A DNA stretch of 64,000 bases from Bacteroidia bacterium (GCA_020849295.1 JADLGN010000015.1:91168-155167), one strand, 5' to 3'. Shown: positions 19,856-31,932, numbered from the stretch's first letter. Made by a program: numbers and translations. Notes: a model not told the origin generated them from the letters alone.

Positions 19856-21340
19856 TTGAGTTATCTAAAAAAACTTGCATCACAAACTGTAATTTATGGG
19901 CTAAGTACAATAGCAGGCAGGTTTATCAATTTTTTGCTTGTTCCGCTTTATACTGCATGTTTCAATCCACAACAATATGGTATTGTTACAGATTTGTATG
20001 CTATTTCAGCATTTTTCAATATACTTTTGGTATATGGCATGGAAACTGCTTTTTTTAATTTTACCAGATTAAATGAATATAAATACTCTTCAGTTTTTTC
20101 TACTGCTCTCAATAGTTTGTTGATTTCAACACTCACTTTTTTAATAATTGGGAGTGTTTTTCAAAATCAAATTTCGTTTTTTTTGGGTTATGAAAATCAT
20201 AGTTTTTATATCTTATGTTTTATATGGATTTTGGGAATTGACGCATTGTGCACTTTGCCATTTGCATTACTTAGGCAGCAAGAAAAAGCATTAAAATTTT
20301 CTATAATAAAGTTAGTAAATATTGGTAGTAATGTAATGTTCAATTTATATTTTTTAGTTTTTGCTCCACAACTAATTTCAAAAGGTATTAATACTCCATT
20401 TTATTATAAAGATATTGGAGTGGGCTATATTTTTATTTCAAATCTTGCAGCAAGTATTATTACTGCAATTTTGCTTTTGCCTGAATTTATAAAATATGGA
20501 ATTAAAGTAGAAAAAAGTTTAAGAACAGAAATGTTAAAATACGCTTGGCCTCTTATATTTATAGGATTAGCCGGTATGGCAAACGAAACTTTTGACAGAG
20601 CAATTCTTAAATATTTAACACCACAAAACGACAAACTTTATGAAGTTGGGGTTTATGGTGCATTTTATAAGCTAAGCATGATAATGACAATTTTTGTACA
20701 GGCTTTTAGATATGCAGCCGAGCCGTTTTTTTTTAATAGGCATAAAAATGAAGATTCAAAAGTAGTATATGCAAGAGTACTCGATTATTTTGTTATTACA
20801 TGCTGTTTTATTTTTATCATTACTATGTTATTTGTACAAGATATTTCTTCAGTTATAATAAGAAAAACAGAATATTTTACACATCCTGACGGAATGACTA
20901 TTGTCCCAATATTATTAATGGCTAATCTTTTTCTTGGTATTTATTACAGCATTAGTGTTTGGTATAGGCTTACAGACAATACCCGAAAAGGTTCATTAAT
21001 ATCAATAGTTGCAGCTATTTTTACGGTTGTATTAAATATTATTTTTATACCAATTTATGGTTTTGTTGCTGCAGCCTGGGTTACTTTAGCTGTATATATT
21101 TTCCTTGCTGTTGTAAATTATATAATTGGTCAGAAATACTTTAAAGTTCCTTACAACTTACCAAAAATTTTTCTGTTTCTATTTATTTCGCTTGTTACAT
21201 ATTATTTTGCTGAAAGTATAAAATCAAAAATTCAGATTAATCATTACTTGTTTAATTTTATAATAATAATTGTGTTTTCAATTTTGATATATATTACAGA
21301 ATTTAAGTTTTATAAAAATTATTATGCCAATAGAAATTAA
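19856..21340 (+). CDS. Polysaccharide biosynthesis protein / oligosaccharide flippase (MOP superfamily, Wzx-like)
   Basis: It has about 12 predicted TM helices. The N-terminus KKLASQTVIYGLSTIAGRFINFLLVPLYT is typical of the family. Confidence 0.65.
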   Translation: MSYLKKLASQTVIYGLSTIAGRFINFLLVPLYTACFNPQQYGIVTDLYAISAFFNILLVYGMETAFFNFTRLNEYKYSSVFSTALNSLLISTLTFLIIGSVFQNQISFFLGYENHSFYILCFIWILGIDALCTLPFALLRQQEKALKFSIIKLVNIGSNVMFNLYFLVFAPQLISKGINTPFYYKDIGVGYIFISNLAASIITAILLLPEFIKYGIKVEKSLRTEMLKYAWPLIFIGLAGMANETFDRAILKYLTPQNDKLYEVGVYGAFYKLSMIMTIFVQAFRYAAEPFFFNRHKNEDSKVVYARVLDYFVITCCFIFIITMLFVQDISSVIIRKTEYFTHPDGMTIVPILLMANLFLGIYYSISVWYRLTDNTRKGSLISIVAAIFTVVLNIIFIPIYGFVAAAWVTLAVYIFLAVVNYIIGQKYFKVPYNLPKIFLFLFISLVTYYFAESIKSKIQINHYLFNFIIIIVFSILIYITEFKFYKNYYANRN

Positions 21341-21761
21341 AATTATAAATCGTTCAAAAAATCTCCTGCCTCAATATCAAACAGAACATGCTGCAGGAGT
21401 TGATCTAAGTGCAGATATTGATGAAAATATTGAAATAAAACCACTCGAAAGAAAATTGATAGGTACAGGATTATATATAGAAATACCAGAAGGATACGAA
21501 GCTCAAATAAGGCCGCGAAGCGGACTTGCTGCTAAAAGCGGAATTACTGTAATTAACACTCCCGGAACTATTGACTCTGATTACAGAGGAGAAATAAAAG
21601 TTTGCCTTGTAAATATTTCAAATGATATATACATAGTAAAACAGGGCGACCGTATAGCTCAAATGATTTTTGCCAGATTCGAAAAGGCAGATTTTATAGT
21701 AACTGAAAAATTATCAGAAACTACAAGAGGTGAAGGCGGATACGGGCATACAGGTATATGA
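21324..21761 (+). CDS. dut: dUTP diphosphatase
   Basis: dUTPase motifs are present: AAGVDL, RPRSGLAAKSG, GTIDSDYRGEI and QMIF. Confidence 0.9.
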   Translation: MPIEIKIINRSKNLLPQYQTEHAAGVDLSADIDENIEIKPLERKLIGTGLYIEIPEGYEAQIRPRSGLAAKSGITVINTPGTIDSDYRGEIKVCLVNISNDIYIVKQGDRIAQMIFARFEKADFIVTEKLSETTRGEGGYGHTGI

Positions 21762-21852
21762 TTTTTTTATAATTGTTTTACTTTTCAACTGTTACTTTCG
21801 ATAAAACTATAAATAAAACTTTGTGTTAAATTTGAAGATTAATATTTAACTA

Positions 21853-22389
21853 TTGAAAATAAAGAGAAAAATAGCAGATATGTACCTTCACTCGATGGCT
21901 CGAGCTAATAAACATACGCGTAAAATAACCTCTTTTAATAAAATAAAAACAATTGGAATTTTATATCAAGCCGATACAATTGAAGAAATAAATATTATTA
22001 AAAAAGCAGCAGCAAAACTAAATTCACTTGGCAAAGAAGTCTATCTACTTGGATTTTCTAAACAAAAAAAACTACCTGAAGGAGTAATACCGCATACCAA
22101 AGATGATTTCTTTTTACGCAAAGATTTAATGTGGCATGGCATACCAAAACTTGACCGAATAAATCGTTTTGCAAATGAAGAATTTGATTTTTTATTAAAT
22201 GCTTATAACCCCGAAATATTATCATTGCTGGGAATATCGGCTTTGAGCAAAGCAAAATGTCGTATTGGGATTTACAACAAAAAATACACAAATTGTTTTG
22301 ATTTTATAATTAGTGAAAAAGAAACCAAACAAACTCAAGAGTTAATAGATGCATTTATTTTATATTTATACAAATTGAAAAATGATTAA
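21853..22389 (+). CDS. Hypothetical protein
   Basis: The ORF is 178 aa with no recognisable motif. It overlaps the dapA start by 8 bp. Confidence 0.4.
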   Translation: MKIKRKIADMYLHSMARANKHTRKITSFNKIKTIGILYQADTIEEINIIKKAAAKLNSLGKEVYLLGFSKQKKLPEGVIPHTKDDFFLRKDLMWHGIPKLDRINRFANEEFDFLLNAYNPEILSLLGISALSKAKCRIGIYNKKYTNCFDFIISEKETKQTQELIDAFILYLYKLKND

Positions 22390-23260
22390 TACACAATATA
22401 AAGGATTGGGAGTAGCTATGGTTACTCCGTTTAAAAATGATTACTCGGTAGATTATGATGCACTTGCAAATCTTACCGAATTTTTGATTAAAGGAAATGT
22501 AAATTACCTTGTGGTGCTTGGTACTACAGGCGAAACAGCTACATTGTCAAAAGAAGAAAAAAAACTTATTTACAATAAAATAAAAGAAGTAAATGCAGGA
22601 CGAGTACCCTTAGTGGCTGGTATAGGAGGTAATAACACTTATGAAGTAATTGAAACACTTAAAGGTTTTGATTTTTCGGGATATGATGCTGTACTTAGTG
22701 TAAGCCCATATTACAATAAACCAAATCAGGAAGGAATATTTCAACATTATAAAGCAATTGCACAAATCTCACCAAAGCCCATTATAATTTATAATGTCCC
22801 CGGACGTACAGGTAGTAATATTACAGCAAATACACAAATAAGAATAGCAGAGATTTCAAATATTATAGGTACAAAAGAAGCATCTGGTAATTTTTCGCAG
22901 GTTATGGAGATAATTTTAAAACGTCCCGAAAACTTTATGGTAATAAGTGGCGATGATGCATTTACTTATCCTTTTATGACTCTTGGTATGGAAGGAGTAA
23001 TTTCTGTAATTGGAAATGCATTTCCCTCTGATTTTTCAAAAATGGTAAACTTATGTCTTAATGCAGATTGGCTTGAAGCTCGAAAAATACATTACAGAAT
23101 GCTTTCACTTATGGAAACAATATTTGAAGATGGCAGCCCAGGCGGAATAAAAGTATTACTAAATTATCTTGGAATTTGCGGAACAACCGTTAGGCTTCCA
23201 CTTGCTAACGTAAACAAATCTACCGAAGACAAACTTATAAATCTGATTAAAAACTATTAA
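22382..23260 (+). CDS. dapA: 4-hydroxy-tetrahydrodipicolinate synthase
   Basis: The motifs GVAMVTPF..VVLGTTGE..TLS.EE are present, and the Schiff-base lysine lies in the IIIYNVPGRTG context. Confidence 0.9.
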   Translation: MINTQYKGLGVAMVTPFKNDYSVDYDALANLTEFLIKGNVNYLVVLGTTGETATLSKEEKKLIYNKIKEVNAGRVPLVAGIGGNNTYEVIETLKGFDFSGYDAVLSVSPYYNKPNQEGIFQHYKAIAQISPKPIIIYNVPGRTGSNITANTQIRIAEISNIIGTKEASGNFSQVMEIILKRPENFMVISGDDAFTYPFMTLGMEGVISVIGNAFPSDFSKMVNLCLNADWLEARKIHYRMLSLMETIFEDGSPGGIKVLLNYLGICGTTVRLPLANVNKSTEDKLINLIKNY

Positions 23261-23370
23261 ACAGATTTTTATTTGACAAATACATTAATTAAACTATAAT
23301 TAATTTACGTTAAGTTTGTAATCCTTTTGGCACATCAATTGTTTTAATAAAAAGTTATAATTTAATAGAG

Positions 23371-25470
23371 ATGGTAGATCCACAAAATACTAAAGAAGAG
23401 AAACCAAAAATTGTTTTTAAACGCAATCAAAGTTCAGGAGATAACAAATCAAGCCCTGATAATAATCCATTTAACAAAAACAAAAAGCCGTCATCTCCAA
23501 AATTCAGTTTTTACTGGATTTATGGCATATTGGCAGCTATATTTTTATTTTTTTCATATTATTCAGGAAATTCAGCCAAAACCGTTACTACCAAAGAACT
23601 AAAGCAAATGTTGTCAAAAGGAGATGTAAGCAAAGTTATAGTTGTTAATAGGTCAAAAGCTGAAATTTTTTTAACTGATTCGGCTAAATTAAAATCAGAA
23701 TACAAAAAAGACATTGACAAGGGAAGCGTATTTGAAGATGCCAAAGCTCCAAATTACTTATTAGAAGACATTGGTGATTTTGAAACTTTTAGCCGATTAG
23801 TAGAAAAAGCACAAGAAAATATACCTGATAACGAAAAAGTAAGTATTGACCCACAAATAAGGAGTAATTATCTGCAAGAATTTATGCCATGGATTATAAT
23901 GCTTTCAATATTTGGTATTTTTTGGTTTATTATGATGAGAAGAGTTGGGGGAGGAGGTTCAGGCGGAGGTCAGATTTTTAATATAGGCAGAAGCAAAGCT
24001 CAGCTTTTTGATAAGGATACTAAAGTTAATATAACATTTAAAGATGTAGCTGGACTTGAAGAAGCAAAAACAGAAATTATGGAAATTGTGGATTTTCTAA
24101 AAAATCCTAAAAAATATACCGAATTAGGTGGTAAAATACCCAAAGGTGCATTATTAATTGGACCTCCTGGTACAGGAAAAACTCTTATGGCAAAGGCAGT
24201 AGCAGGAGAAGCAAATGTTCCTTTTTTCTCGTTGTCAGGTTCTGATTTTGTAGAAATGTTTGTTGGTGTAGGAGCAAGTCGCGTTAGAGATTTATTCAGA
24301 CAAGCAAAAGAAAAAGCACCATGTATTATTTTTATTGACGAAATAGATGCAATAGGAAGAGCAAGAGGTAAAGGAGCAATTCAGGGTGGAAATGATGAGA
24401 GAGAAAGTACATTAAATCAATTACTGACTGAAATGGATGGTTTTCAAACAGATTCAGGAGTAATAATATTGGCTGCTACAAACCGCCCAGACATTCTCGA
24501 TTCGGCTTTATTAAGACCGGGTAGATTTGACAGGCAAATAGCAATAGATAAACCTGATTTGATTGGACGTGAAGAAATATTCAAAGTACATTTAAAAGGT
24601 TTAAAACTAAGTAAGGATATAGATCCTAAAAAACTTTCATCACAAACTCCCGGATTTGCAGGAGCTGAAATAGCAAACGTATGTAATGAAGCAGCTCTGA
24701 TTGCTGCCAGAAACAACAAAACCGAAATTACAATGAAAGATTTTGAAGCAGCTATAGATAGAGTAATTGGCGGACTTGAAAAGAAAAACAAACTAATTTC
24801 GCCTGAAGAAAAAAAGATAGTTGCCTATCATGAATCAGGTCATGCTATTGTTGGCTGGTTTCTTGAACATGCCGACCCACTTGTAAAAGTTTCAATTGTG
24901 CCACGCGGAATTGCCGCACTCGGATATGCACAATACCTTCCCAAAGAACAATTTCTTTACAGAACCGAGCAGTTGATAGACATGATGTGTATGACACTTG
25001 GCGGAAGGGCAGCCGAAGATGTGTTTTTTGGTAAAATTTCTACAGGAGCACAAAACGATCTCGAAAAAGTAACAAAAATGGCTTATGCAATGGTTACTAT
25101 CTATGGTATGAACGAAAGAGTTGGTCATGTTTCATTCAGAGATGATGCCGGCGAATATGGCTTATTAGGTAAGCCCTACTCAGAAGAAACATCAAAAATG
25201 ATAGACGAAGAAGTTCGCAAGTTGATTAATGACGCATATAACAGAACAAAAAATTTGATTAACGAACAAAAAGATAATCTTGAAAAATTGGCTCATGAAC
25301 TGTTAAACAAAGAAATTTTGTTTCAACAAGACTTGGAGGTTTTATTAGGTAAACGTCCATTTGATACCAAAACCACTTTACAGGAATATATGGAATCATC
25401 GCCTGTAAGCGAAAATAGTGATAATGAAAAACAAATTTTAAATGAAGAAGAGGTAGTTGAAAAAAGTTAG
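23371..25470 (+). CDS. ftsH: ATP-dependent zinc metalloprotease FtsH
   Basis: The AAA Walker A motif is GPPGTGKT, the SRH region is present, and the zinc site is HESGHAIVG. There are two N-terminal TM helices. Confidence 0.9.
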   Translation: MVDPQNTKEEKPKIVFKRNQSSGDNKSSPDNNPFNKNKKPSSPKFSFYWIYGILAAIFLFFSYYSGNSAKTVTTKELKQMLSKGDVSKVIVVNRSKAEIFLTDSAKLKSEYKKDIDKGSVFEDAKAPNYLLEDIGDFETFSRLVEKAQENIPDNEKVSIDPQIRSNYLQEFMPWIIMLSIFGIFWFIMMRRVGGGGSGGGQIFNIGRSKAQLFDKDTKVNITFKDVAGLEEAKTEIMEIVDFLKNPKKYTELGGKIPKGALLIGPPGTGKTLMAKAVAGEANVPFFSLSGSDFVEMFVGVGASRVRDLFRQAKEKAPCIIFIDEIDAIGRARGKGAIQGGNDERESTLNQLLTEMDGFQTDSGVIILAATNRPDILDSALLRPGRFDRQIAIDKPDLIGREEIFKVHLKGLKLSKDIDPKKLSSQTPGFAGAEIANVCNEAALIAARNNKTEITMKDFEAAIDRVIGGLEKKNKLISPEEKKIVAYHESGHAIVGWFLEHADPLVKVSIVPRGIAALGYAQYLPKEQFLYRTEQLIDMMCMTLGGRAAEDVFFGKISTGAQNDLEKVTKMAYAMVTIYGMNERVGHVSFRDDAGEYGLLGKPYSEETSKMIDEEVRKLINDAYNRTKNLINEQKDNLEKLAHELLNKEILFQQDLEVLLGKRPFDTKTTLQEYMESSPVSENSDNEKQILNEEEVVEKS

Positions 25471-25563
25471 ATAATAATTAATCGTAATAAATATATTTTT
25501 TAACCATTTTTAATTCTAAAAGTAAAATAAAATAATCAATAAATTCGTACTGATTTTAATACA

Positions 25564-27645
25564 ATGAATATAAAAAAAGCATTATTAGTTCTAATACCAG
25601 TTACGCTTATAGCTACTGGATTTTATTTTAAAAATCAGGAAGCAGGAAAAAGTTTCTTATTACCTTCAATTTTAAAAAATCTTGAATTATACCATTTCAG
25701 TCCGCAAACGATTGATGATAATTTTTCAAAGAAAGTTTTTGATGAGTTTATAAGCGTTTTAGATGCAAACAAACGTTTTTTTACTAAAGATGATATTGAT
25801 AAACTATCTATATATAAAACGAAAATTGATGATTTTGCCAAATCAGGTGAAGATGAATTTTATGATAAAACAATGGAAATTTACGAATCAAGAATTAATC
25901 AATACCAATTATGGTACAGAGAAATTCTGAGTAAACCATTTGAATTTAACACTAATGAGGTTTTTAATTTTGATGATAAGCAACCATGGGCTAAAAATGA
26001 AGTTGAGCTTAAAGATAGATTAAGAAAATATTTAAAATACAATGTAATGTCAAATCTTGCTACAAATCTTGAAATTCAGGAAAATGCAATTCAAAATAAA
26101 GACACAACAATAAAGACCTACTCTTATGATACATTAGAAACCAGAGCAAGAAAAATTGTATTAAAAAATCAGGATGATTTTGTTGCAAGATGGAAAAAAA
26201 TACAGGAAAGTGAAAAAGTAAGTTATTATATTAATTCTGTTACCGCAGTGTTTGATCCTCATACAAACTATTTTCCTCCGGCAGACAAAGAAAATTTTGA
26301 CATAAATATTTCAGGAAGACTAGAAGGAATTGGAGCATCATTGCAGGAAAAAGACGGATATATAAAAGTAGTAAGGATAGTGCCTGGTAGCCCTTCGGCA
26401 TTACAAGGCGAACTTAAAGAAGGAGATATAATTCTTAAAGTAGCACAAGGTGCAAAAGAACCGGTAGATGTAGTAAATATGCCAATGGATGATGCAATAA
26501 AAATGATTCGCGGACCCAAAGGCACCGAAGTAAGACTAACTGTAAAAAAGCCCGATGGTTCTACTAAAGTTATAAAAATAATAAGAGATGTGGTTATATT
26601 AGAAGAAACATTTGCCAAATCAGTAATTTTAGAAGATAATGACCATAAAAAAACAGGTTATATTTATTTGCCTTCTTTTTATACAGATTTGAACGGAGGT
26701 GAAGGCAGAACATGCTGGACAGATGTGAGAAATGAAATAAGAAAGCTAAAAAATAACGGTGCCGAACGCATTGTGTTTGACTTAAGAAATAATGGCGGTG
26801 GATCATTGCAAGATGTTGTGTATATGTCAGGATTATTTATAGAAAATGGTCCAATTGTTCAAGTTAAAACAAGAGATGAAGCCCCAGATATGTTAGAAGA
26901 TTACGACCCATCAGTAGAGTGGGATGGACCGCTTGTAATTATGGTAAATGAGTTTAGTGCATCAGCAAGTGAAATTCTGGCTGCAGCCATGCAAGATTAT
27001 AAACGAGCTGTAATAGTAGGAAGTAAGCAAACTTACGGAAAAGGTACAGTACAGCGATTTGTTGACTTAAATGATAAAATTAGAAGCAAACAGGCATCAG
27101 AGTTTGGCTCTTTAAAAATTACAATACAGAAATTTTACAGAATTAATGGAGGAACAACGCAAATAAAAGGAGTAGAGTCAGATATTAAATTGCCTGATAA
27201 TTTTACCTATTTACAAAGCGGAGAAATAGAACAAGATTATCCTCTGGCATGGGATAAAATTAGTCCGGCAAAATATTTTACAAATAGTAAATACCTATCA
27301 AATCTTTCAACCGTAAAATCGCGCTCTGCTTCAAGAGTAAAAGATAATGAAATATTTACTTTGATTGATGAAAATGCTAAACGCATTAAAAAAGAAGATG
27401 ATAAAAAAAGCATAGTTTTGAATCTGAAACTTTTCATGATAGAAGAAAAGCTGAAAAAAGAACAAAGCAAAAAACTTGATAATTCATTTAAAGAAATAAA
27501 AGATTTGATGATTTCATCATTGATAGAAGATAGAGTTGGACTTGACAAAGACAAGGGAAAAATGGACAGAGCAAACGATTGGTATAAAACTCTAAAGAAA
27601 GATATATATCTGTATGAAGCTTTACAGATTGCTGAAGATTTATAG
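25564..27645 (+). CDS. Carboxy-terminal processing (tail-specific) protease, S41 family
   Basis: It has a PDZ region and the S41 catalytic block DLRNNGGGSLQDVV..ASASEI. The length is 693 aa. Confidence 0.85.
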   Translation: MNIKKALLVLIPVTLIATGFYFKNQEAGKSFLLPSILKNLELYHFSPQTIDDNFSKKVFDEFISVLDANKRFFTKDDIDKLSIYKTKIDDFAKSGEDEFYDKTMEIYESRINQYQLWYREILSKPFEFNTNEVFNFDDKQPWAKNEVELKDRLRKYLKYNVMSNLATNLEIQENAIQNKDTTIKTYSYDTLETRARKIVLKNQDDFVARWKKIQESEKVSYYINSVTAVFDPHTNYFPPADKENFDINISGRLEGIGASLQEKDGYIKVVRIVPGSPSALQGELKEGDIILKVAQGAKEPVDVVNMPMDDAIKMIRGPKGTEVRLTVKKPDGSTKVIKIIRDVVILEETFAKSVILEDNDHKKTGYIYLPSFYTDLNGGEGRTCWTDVRNEIRKLKNNGAERIVFDLRNNGGGSLQDVVYMSGLFIENGPIVQVKTRDEAPDMLEDYDPSVEWDGPLVIMVNEFSASASEILAAAMQDYKRAVIVGSKQTYGKGTVQRFVDLNDKIRSKQASEFGSLKITIQKFYRINGGTTQIKGVESDIKLPDNFTYLQSGEIEQDYPLAWDKISPAKYFTNSKYLSNLSTVKSRSASRVKDNEIFTLIDENAKRIKKEDDKKSIVLNLKLFMIEEKLKKEQSKKLDNSFKEIKDLMISSLIEDRVGLDKDKGKMDRANDWYKTLKKDIYLYEALQIAEDL

Positions 27646-27647
27646 AA

Positions 27648-28778
27648 TTATTGAAACAAATCTTTCATACGACTGAAAAATCCTTTTTCATTATTTTCGC
27701 TTGGAGGAGTAAAATTTTCAGAAGACTCAAGTTTTTTAAGAATTTCTTTTTCTTCATTACTTAGTTTTTTAGGTGTAAAAATATTTATTTGTACAAGTTG
27801 GTCGCCACGTCCGTATCCATTTATATCTGGAATACCTTTGTTTCTTAATCTCAACATTTTTCCGGCTTGTGTACCAGTATCTATTTTTACTTTTACTTTA
27901 CTGTCAATAGTTGGTATTTCTACTTCTCCACCCATTGCAGCAGTAGGAAAACTTATGAATAAATCATAAAGAATATTGTTTCCATCTCTTTTGAAATCTT
28001 TATGCTGAATTTCTTCAATTAAAACTATTAAATCTCCACTTTCACCGCCCATTGGAGATTGATTGCCTTGTCCATGAACAGATAATTGCATACCATTTTG
28101 AACACCTGCAGGAATTTTAATTGAAGTGGTTACTTCTTCATTTAATAATCCGTTGCTATCTGTACCCGCTGGTCGGTTTTCTATTTTTTTCCCTAATCCG
28201 TTGCATGTATGGCAAGTGCTTGAAGTTTGCATTGGTCCTAGAAAAGTATTAGTAACTTTATTTACCATTCCACTTCCTTTACATGTATCGCAAATATTAA
28301 ATTTTACACCAGGGGCAGCTACTTTCTTGGTATATTTAACCTTCTTTTCAACACCATTACATATTTCTTCAAGATTTAGTTTTAACTTTATTCTGATATT
28401 AGAACCTTGAGGGGCACGGTTTCTGTTTCTTCCGCCGCCATTGCCACCAAAAAAACTTTCAAAAGGATTATTATTTCCAAAAATATCTCCAAACTGGCTG
28501 AAAATATCTTCCATATTCATTCCGCCAAAACCTCCTTGACCGCCTGCACCTTTTACTCCATCGTGTCCAAACCTGTCGTAAGCACTTCTTTTTTCCGAAT
28601 TACTTAATACTTCATAAGCCTGTGCTGCTTCTTTAAAATGTTCTTCAGCTTCTTTGTTCCCTGGATTTTTGTCAGGGTGATATTTTATTGCAAGTTTTCT
28701 GTAAGCTTTTTTCAGTTCTTCGTCAGTAGCGTTTTTGGCTACACCTAATATTTCATAATAATCACGCTTTTTACTCAT
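27648..28778 (-). CDS. dnaJ: Molecular chaperone DnaJ
   Basis: The J-domain is YYEILGV..HPDKN, followed by a G/F-rich region and four CxxCxG zinc-finger repeats. Confidence 0.9.
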   Translation of the reverse strand: MSKKRDYYEILGVAKNATDEELKKAYRKLAIKYHPDKNPGNKEAEEHFKEAAQAYEVLSNSEKRSAYDRFGHDGVKGAGGQGGFGGMNMEDIFSQFGDIFGNNNPFESFFGGNGGGRNRNRAPQGSNIRIKLKLNLEEICNGVEKKVKYTKKVAAPGVKFNICDTCKGSGMVNKVTNTFLGPMQTSSTCHTCNGLGKKIENRPAGTDSNGLLNEEVTTSIKIPAGVQNGMQLSVHGQGNQSPMGGESGDLIVLIEEIQHKDFKRDGNNILYDLFISFPTAAMGGEVEIPTIDSKVKVKIDTGTQAGKMLRLRNKGIPDINGYGRGDQLVQINIFTPKKLSNEEKEILKKLESSENFTPPSENNEKGFFSRMKDLFQ

Positions 28779-28781
28779 TTT

Positions 28782-29354
28782 CTATTCTCCTACTATTACT
28801 TTAGCAAAACGTATTACTTTATCTTTCAGTTTATACCCTTTTTCTATTACATCTACAATTTTGCCTTTCATTTTTGGGTTAGTTGCAGGTATTTTGGTTA
28901 TTGCATCGTGCAATTCATCATTAAATGTTTCTCCAATTGAATTAAATTCTTTTAGCCCTTGTTGTTCTAAAACATTTTTTAATTTATTAAATATAATAAA
29001 TAAACCTTCGTCAGCAGAATTTTTTTCTTTGTTTTCAATTAATGTTTTTTCTGCTCTTTCAATATCGTCAATTATCGGCAACAAAGATTTTAGAATTTCT
29101 TGCCCGGCATTATTTATTATTTCAATTTTTTCTTTAGTAACACGTCTTCTGTAGTTATCAAATTCACTGTAAAGACGCAGATATTTGTCTTTTAACTCTT
29201 CAATTTCATTTTTAAGTGTATCATCATTTTTTGATTGAGTTTCTGAGTTTTCAGCATTTAGTTCACTATTAACTATTGTACTATCTTTTATTTCTGCTTC
29301 CTCTTTGTTTTGCGACATTTTATCTTTCATCAACTTTCTGAATATTTTTTGCAT
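28782..29354 (-). CDS. grpE: Nucleotide exchange factor GrpE
   Basis: The GrpE C-terminal block is present. The gene sits immediately upstream of dnaJ on the same strand. Confidence 0.85.
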   Translation of the reverse strand: MQKIFRKLMKDKMSQNKEEAEIKDSTIVNSELNAENSETQSKNDDTLKNEIEELKDKYLRLYSEFDNYRRRVTKEKIEIINNAGQEILKSLLPIIDDIERAEKTLIENKEKNSADEGLFIIFNKLKNVLEQQGLKEFNSIGETFNDELHDAITKIPATNPKMKGKIVDVIEKGYKLKDKVIRFAKVIVGE

Positions 29355-29410
29355 TTCCTCAAAAATTTTGCCAACATAAAGTGTGTGACAATTTGGCTGC
29401 GAAATTAACT

Positions 29411-29944
29411 CTATTTAAAGAGAATTTTTTCAAGTTCGGTTTCTATGTTAGAACCACTTATGTCATTAGAAATTATTATACCGTTAGGGTCTATTAAAAA
29501 TCCGGCCGGCAAAGCTGATATACCATAATTTGTAACTGACGGACAACCCCATTTTTTTAAACTACTCACGTGGTTTGCCCAAATAAGTTTATCATTTTTT
29601 ATTGCTTTTTGCCAAACTTCTTTATCAGTATCAAGCGAAACAGAGAAAAATACTATAGTTTTTGAGTTTAACAGTTTTTTGTCCTTAAATTTATGAAAGG
29701 CTCTTACAAGATTTTGATTTTCTTTGCGACAAGCTACACACCATGAAGCCCAAAAATCAACCACAACATATTGTCCTTTGAAAGAATCAAGAGAAATAAT
29801 TTGATTTGAGTTGTTTGGCAATGAAATGTCGGGGGCTTTGTCGCCAACTTTTAATTTAGGTATATTATAATTTTTGTTGACAAATGAAAAAGCAAAAAAA
29901 CAAGCCAGTGTTATTAATATAAATTTATTTTTTTTGAATAACAT
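29411..29944 (-). CDS. Thioredoxin-fold thiol:disulfide oxidoreductase (TlpA/redoxin-like), exported
   Basis: There is a signal peptide, and the WCxxC active site reads VVVDFWASWCVACRKE. Confidence 0.7.
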   Translation of the reverse strand: MLFKKNKFILITLACFFAFSFVNKNYNIPKLKVGDKAPDISLPNNSNQIISLDSFKGQYVVVDFWASWCVACRKENQNLVRAFHKFKDKKLLNSKTIVFFSVSLDTDKEVWQKAIKNDKLIWANHVSSLKKWGCPSVTNYGISALPAGFLIDPNGIIISNDISGSNIETELEKILFK

Positions 29945-29979
29945 ATAAATAATTAAGCAATCATTAATCCAAAAAATAA

Positions 29980-31290
29980 TTAATTGACGCGTTCAATATC
30001 TGCACCAAGTGCGTTAAGTCTTTTTTCAATATTCTGATAGCCTCTGTCTATTTGCTCAATATTATTAATAATACTTGTACCTTGTGCAGAAAGTGCAGCA
30101 ATTAATAAAGAAACACCGGCTCTTATATCTGGCGAAGTCATTTTAATTCCACGCAAAGGCAACCTGCGATTTAATCCCATAACTGTTGCTCGATGAGGGT
30201 CGCAAAGAATTATTTGAGCCCCCATATCAATAAGGTTATCTACAAAAAATAAGCGGCTTTCAAACATTTTTTGATGTATAAGAATATTGCCTTTGGCTTG
30301 AGTTGCCATTACAAGAATTACACTAAGCAAGTCAGGAGTAAGCCCAGGCCAAGGTGCATCGGCTACAGTAAGCATACTACCATCAATAAATGACTCAATT
30401 TCGTAGTGTTTTTGTGATGGTATAAAAATATTGTCGTCTTTTATAAGAAAACTTAATCCTAATTTTTCAAAAGTTAATGGAATTATACCTAAATGCTGAA
30501 CTCCGGCTCCTTTTATGGTAATTTCTGATTCGGTAAGTGCAGCCAAAGCCATAAAACTTCCTACTTCTATCATATCCGGCAGTAAAGTATGGCTGCAGCC
30601 ATTCAATTTTTCTACACCTTCAATGAAAATAAGATTAGAACTAATTCCGTTTATTTTAGCACCCATATTGTTCAGCATTTTGCACAATTGCTGTATATAA
30701 GGTTCGCATGCGGCGTTGTATATAGTTGTTGTACCTTCAGCCAAAGTAGCAGCCATTATAAGATTTGCAGTACCTGTTACTGATGCTTCTTCAAGTAAAA
30801 TATAATTACCTTTAAGTTTTCCGGATTTTACTTTATAGAAATTTTCATCTTTAAGAAATTCGAATTTTGCACCAAGTTTTTCAAATCCTGTAAAATGCGT
30901 GTCGAGCCTTCTTCTGCCTATTTTATCACCTCCTGGGCTTGGAATATATCCTTTGCCGAAGCGTGTAAGTAAAGGACCAATTATCATTATTGAGCCGCGC
31001 AAGCTACCGCCTTTTTTTCTGAATTCTTTGCTATTCATGTAGTTTAAGTCAATTTCATCAGCCTTAAAGGTCCAAGTACCTTCAATATTTGATTTGTTGA
31101 CTTTTACTCCTAAATCTCTAAGAAGATCTATGAGTTTATTTACATCTAAAATATCGGGGATATTGCTTATTGTTACCTCATCAGAAGTAAGTAAAACAGC
31201 AGATAACACCTGCAAAGCTTCATTTTTTGCACCTTGTGGAACAAGTTCGCCTTTTAGTTTTATTCCGCCATTTATTTTAAATAAACCCAT
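29980..31290 (-). CDS. murA: UDP-N-acetylglucosamine 1-carboxyvinyltransferase
   Basis: The N-terminus MGLFKINGG..L.GE..VQGAKNEAL is the EPT family signature. The length is 436 aa. Confidence 0.9.
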   Translation of the reverse strand: MGLFKINGGIKLKGELVPQGAKNEALQVLSAVLLTSDEVTISNIPDILDVNKLIDLLRDLGVKVNKSNIEGTWTFKADEIDLNYMNSKEFRKKGGSLRGSIMIIGPLLTRFGKGYIPSPGGDKIGRRRLDTHFTGFEKLGAKFEFLKDENFYKVKSGKLKGNYILLEEASVTGTANLIMAATLAEGTTTIYNAACEPYIQQLCKMLNNMGAKINGISSNLIFIEGVEKLNGCSHTLLPDMIEVGSFMALAALTESEITIKGAGVQHLGIIPLTFEKLGLSFLIKDDNIFIPSQKHYEIESFIDGSMLTVADAPWPGLTPDLLSVILVMATQAKGNILIHQKMFESRLFFVDNLIDMGAQIILCDPHRATVMGLNRRLPLRGIKMTSPDIRAGVSLLIAALSAQGTSIINNIEQIDRGYQNIEKRLNALGADIERVN

Positions 31291-31293
31291 TAA

Positions 31294-31932
31294 TTAAAAT
31301 CTGTTTTTATTGCGGTTGTTTTTATTTTTAAACTTTTTATTGTTTTGCTTAAAAAAGGTTTTATTCTTTTTATAATCTTTTTCAAAATGAATGTTAAGAT
31401 TTTCGGATTGAAGATGAAGCTTATCTTTTGATAAAATCTTTAAATGTTCGGTAATAACATCTGGTGTAAGATATTCATTATTCCAGTTTCGTGAGGAGTT
31501 TGACATAAATGATGCAATCATATTTATGAAACTTTGTTTTATTTCATCATTTTCAATTTTGGTAGCTCTGTCAACCATGTATTGAAGATTTCTTCCATAA
31601 AATCTAAATTTTATTCGAATATTATTATATGGTATAATTTCTGGTTTTTGGTTGATTAGTTCATGTTCAGGTTTAGGAAATGGACCATCAATATCAAGTT
31701 TATAATTTGATATTATATGTATTTGATCCCATAGTTTTTGCTGATAATTATCTAATTCTTTAATTGAAGGATTTAGATTAACCATAACGTTCATCAAGCT
31801 TACTGCAAGTTTTGAGCGTTGTTCTCTATCATTAATCAATGAGATTTTATCAACCATTTTCTGAAAACATCTTCCATATTCACTCAAATGCAAATGAGGT
31901 CTTGTTGTATTATATTCAAGTATATTTTGCAT
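31294..31932 (-). CDS. DUF4290-like hypothetical protein (the conserved upstream partner of murA in Bacteroidota)
   Basis: It lies 4 bp upstream of murA on the same strand. The N-terminus MQNILEYNTTRPHLHLSEYGR resembles DUF4290. Confidence 0.5.
   Translation of the reverse strand: MQNILEYNTTRPHLHLSEYGRCFQKMVDKISLINDREQRSKLAVSLMNVMVNLNPSIKELDNYQQKLWDQIHIISNYKLDIDGPFPKPEHELINQKPEIIPYNNIRIKFRFYGRNLQYMVDRATKIENDEIKQSFINMIASFMSNSSRNWNNEYLTPDVITEHLKILSKDKLHLQSENLNIHFEKDYKKNKTFFKQNNKKFKNKNNRNKNRF

Noticed and set aside
21324-21340. 17-bp overlap between the flippase gene end and the dut start, considered as a possible programmed frameshift
   Set aside because: Short 3'/5' overlaps are common in compact operons. 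Both proteins are complete and ordinary, and there is no slippery heptamer.
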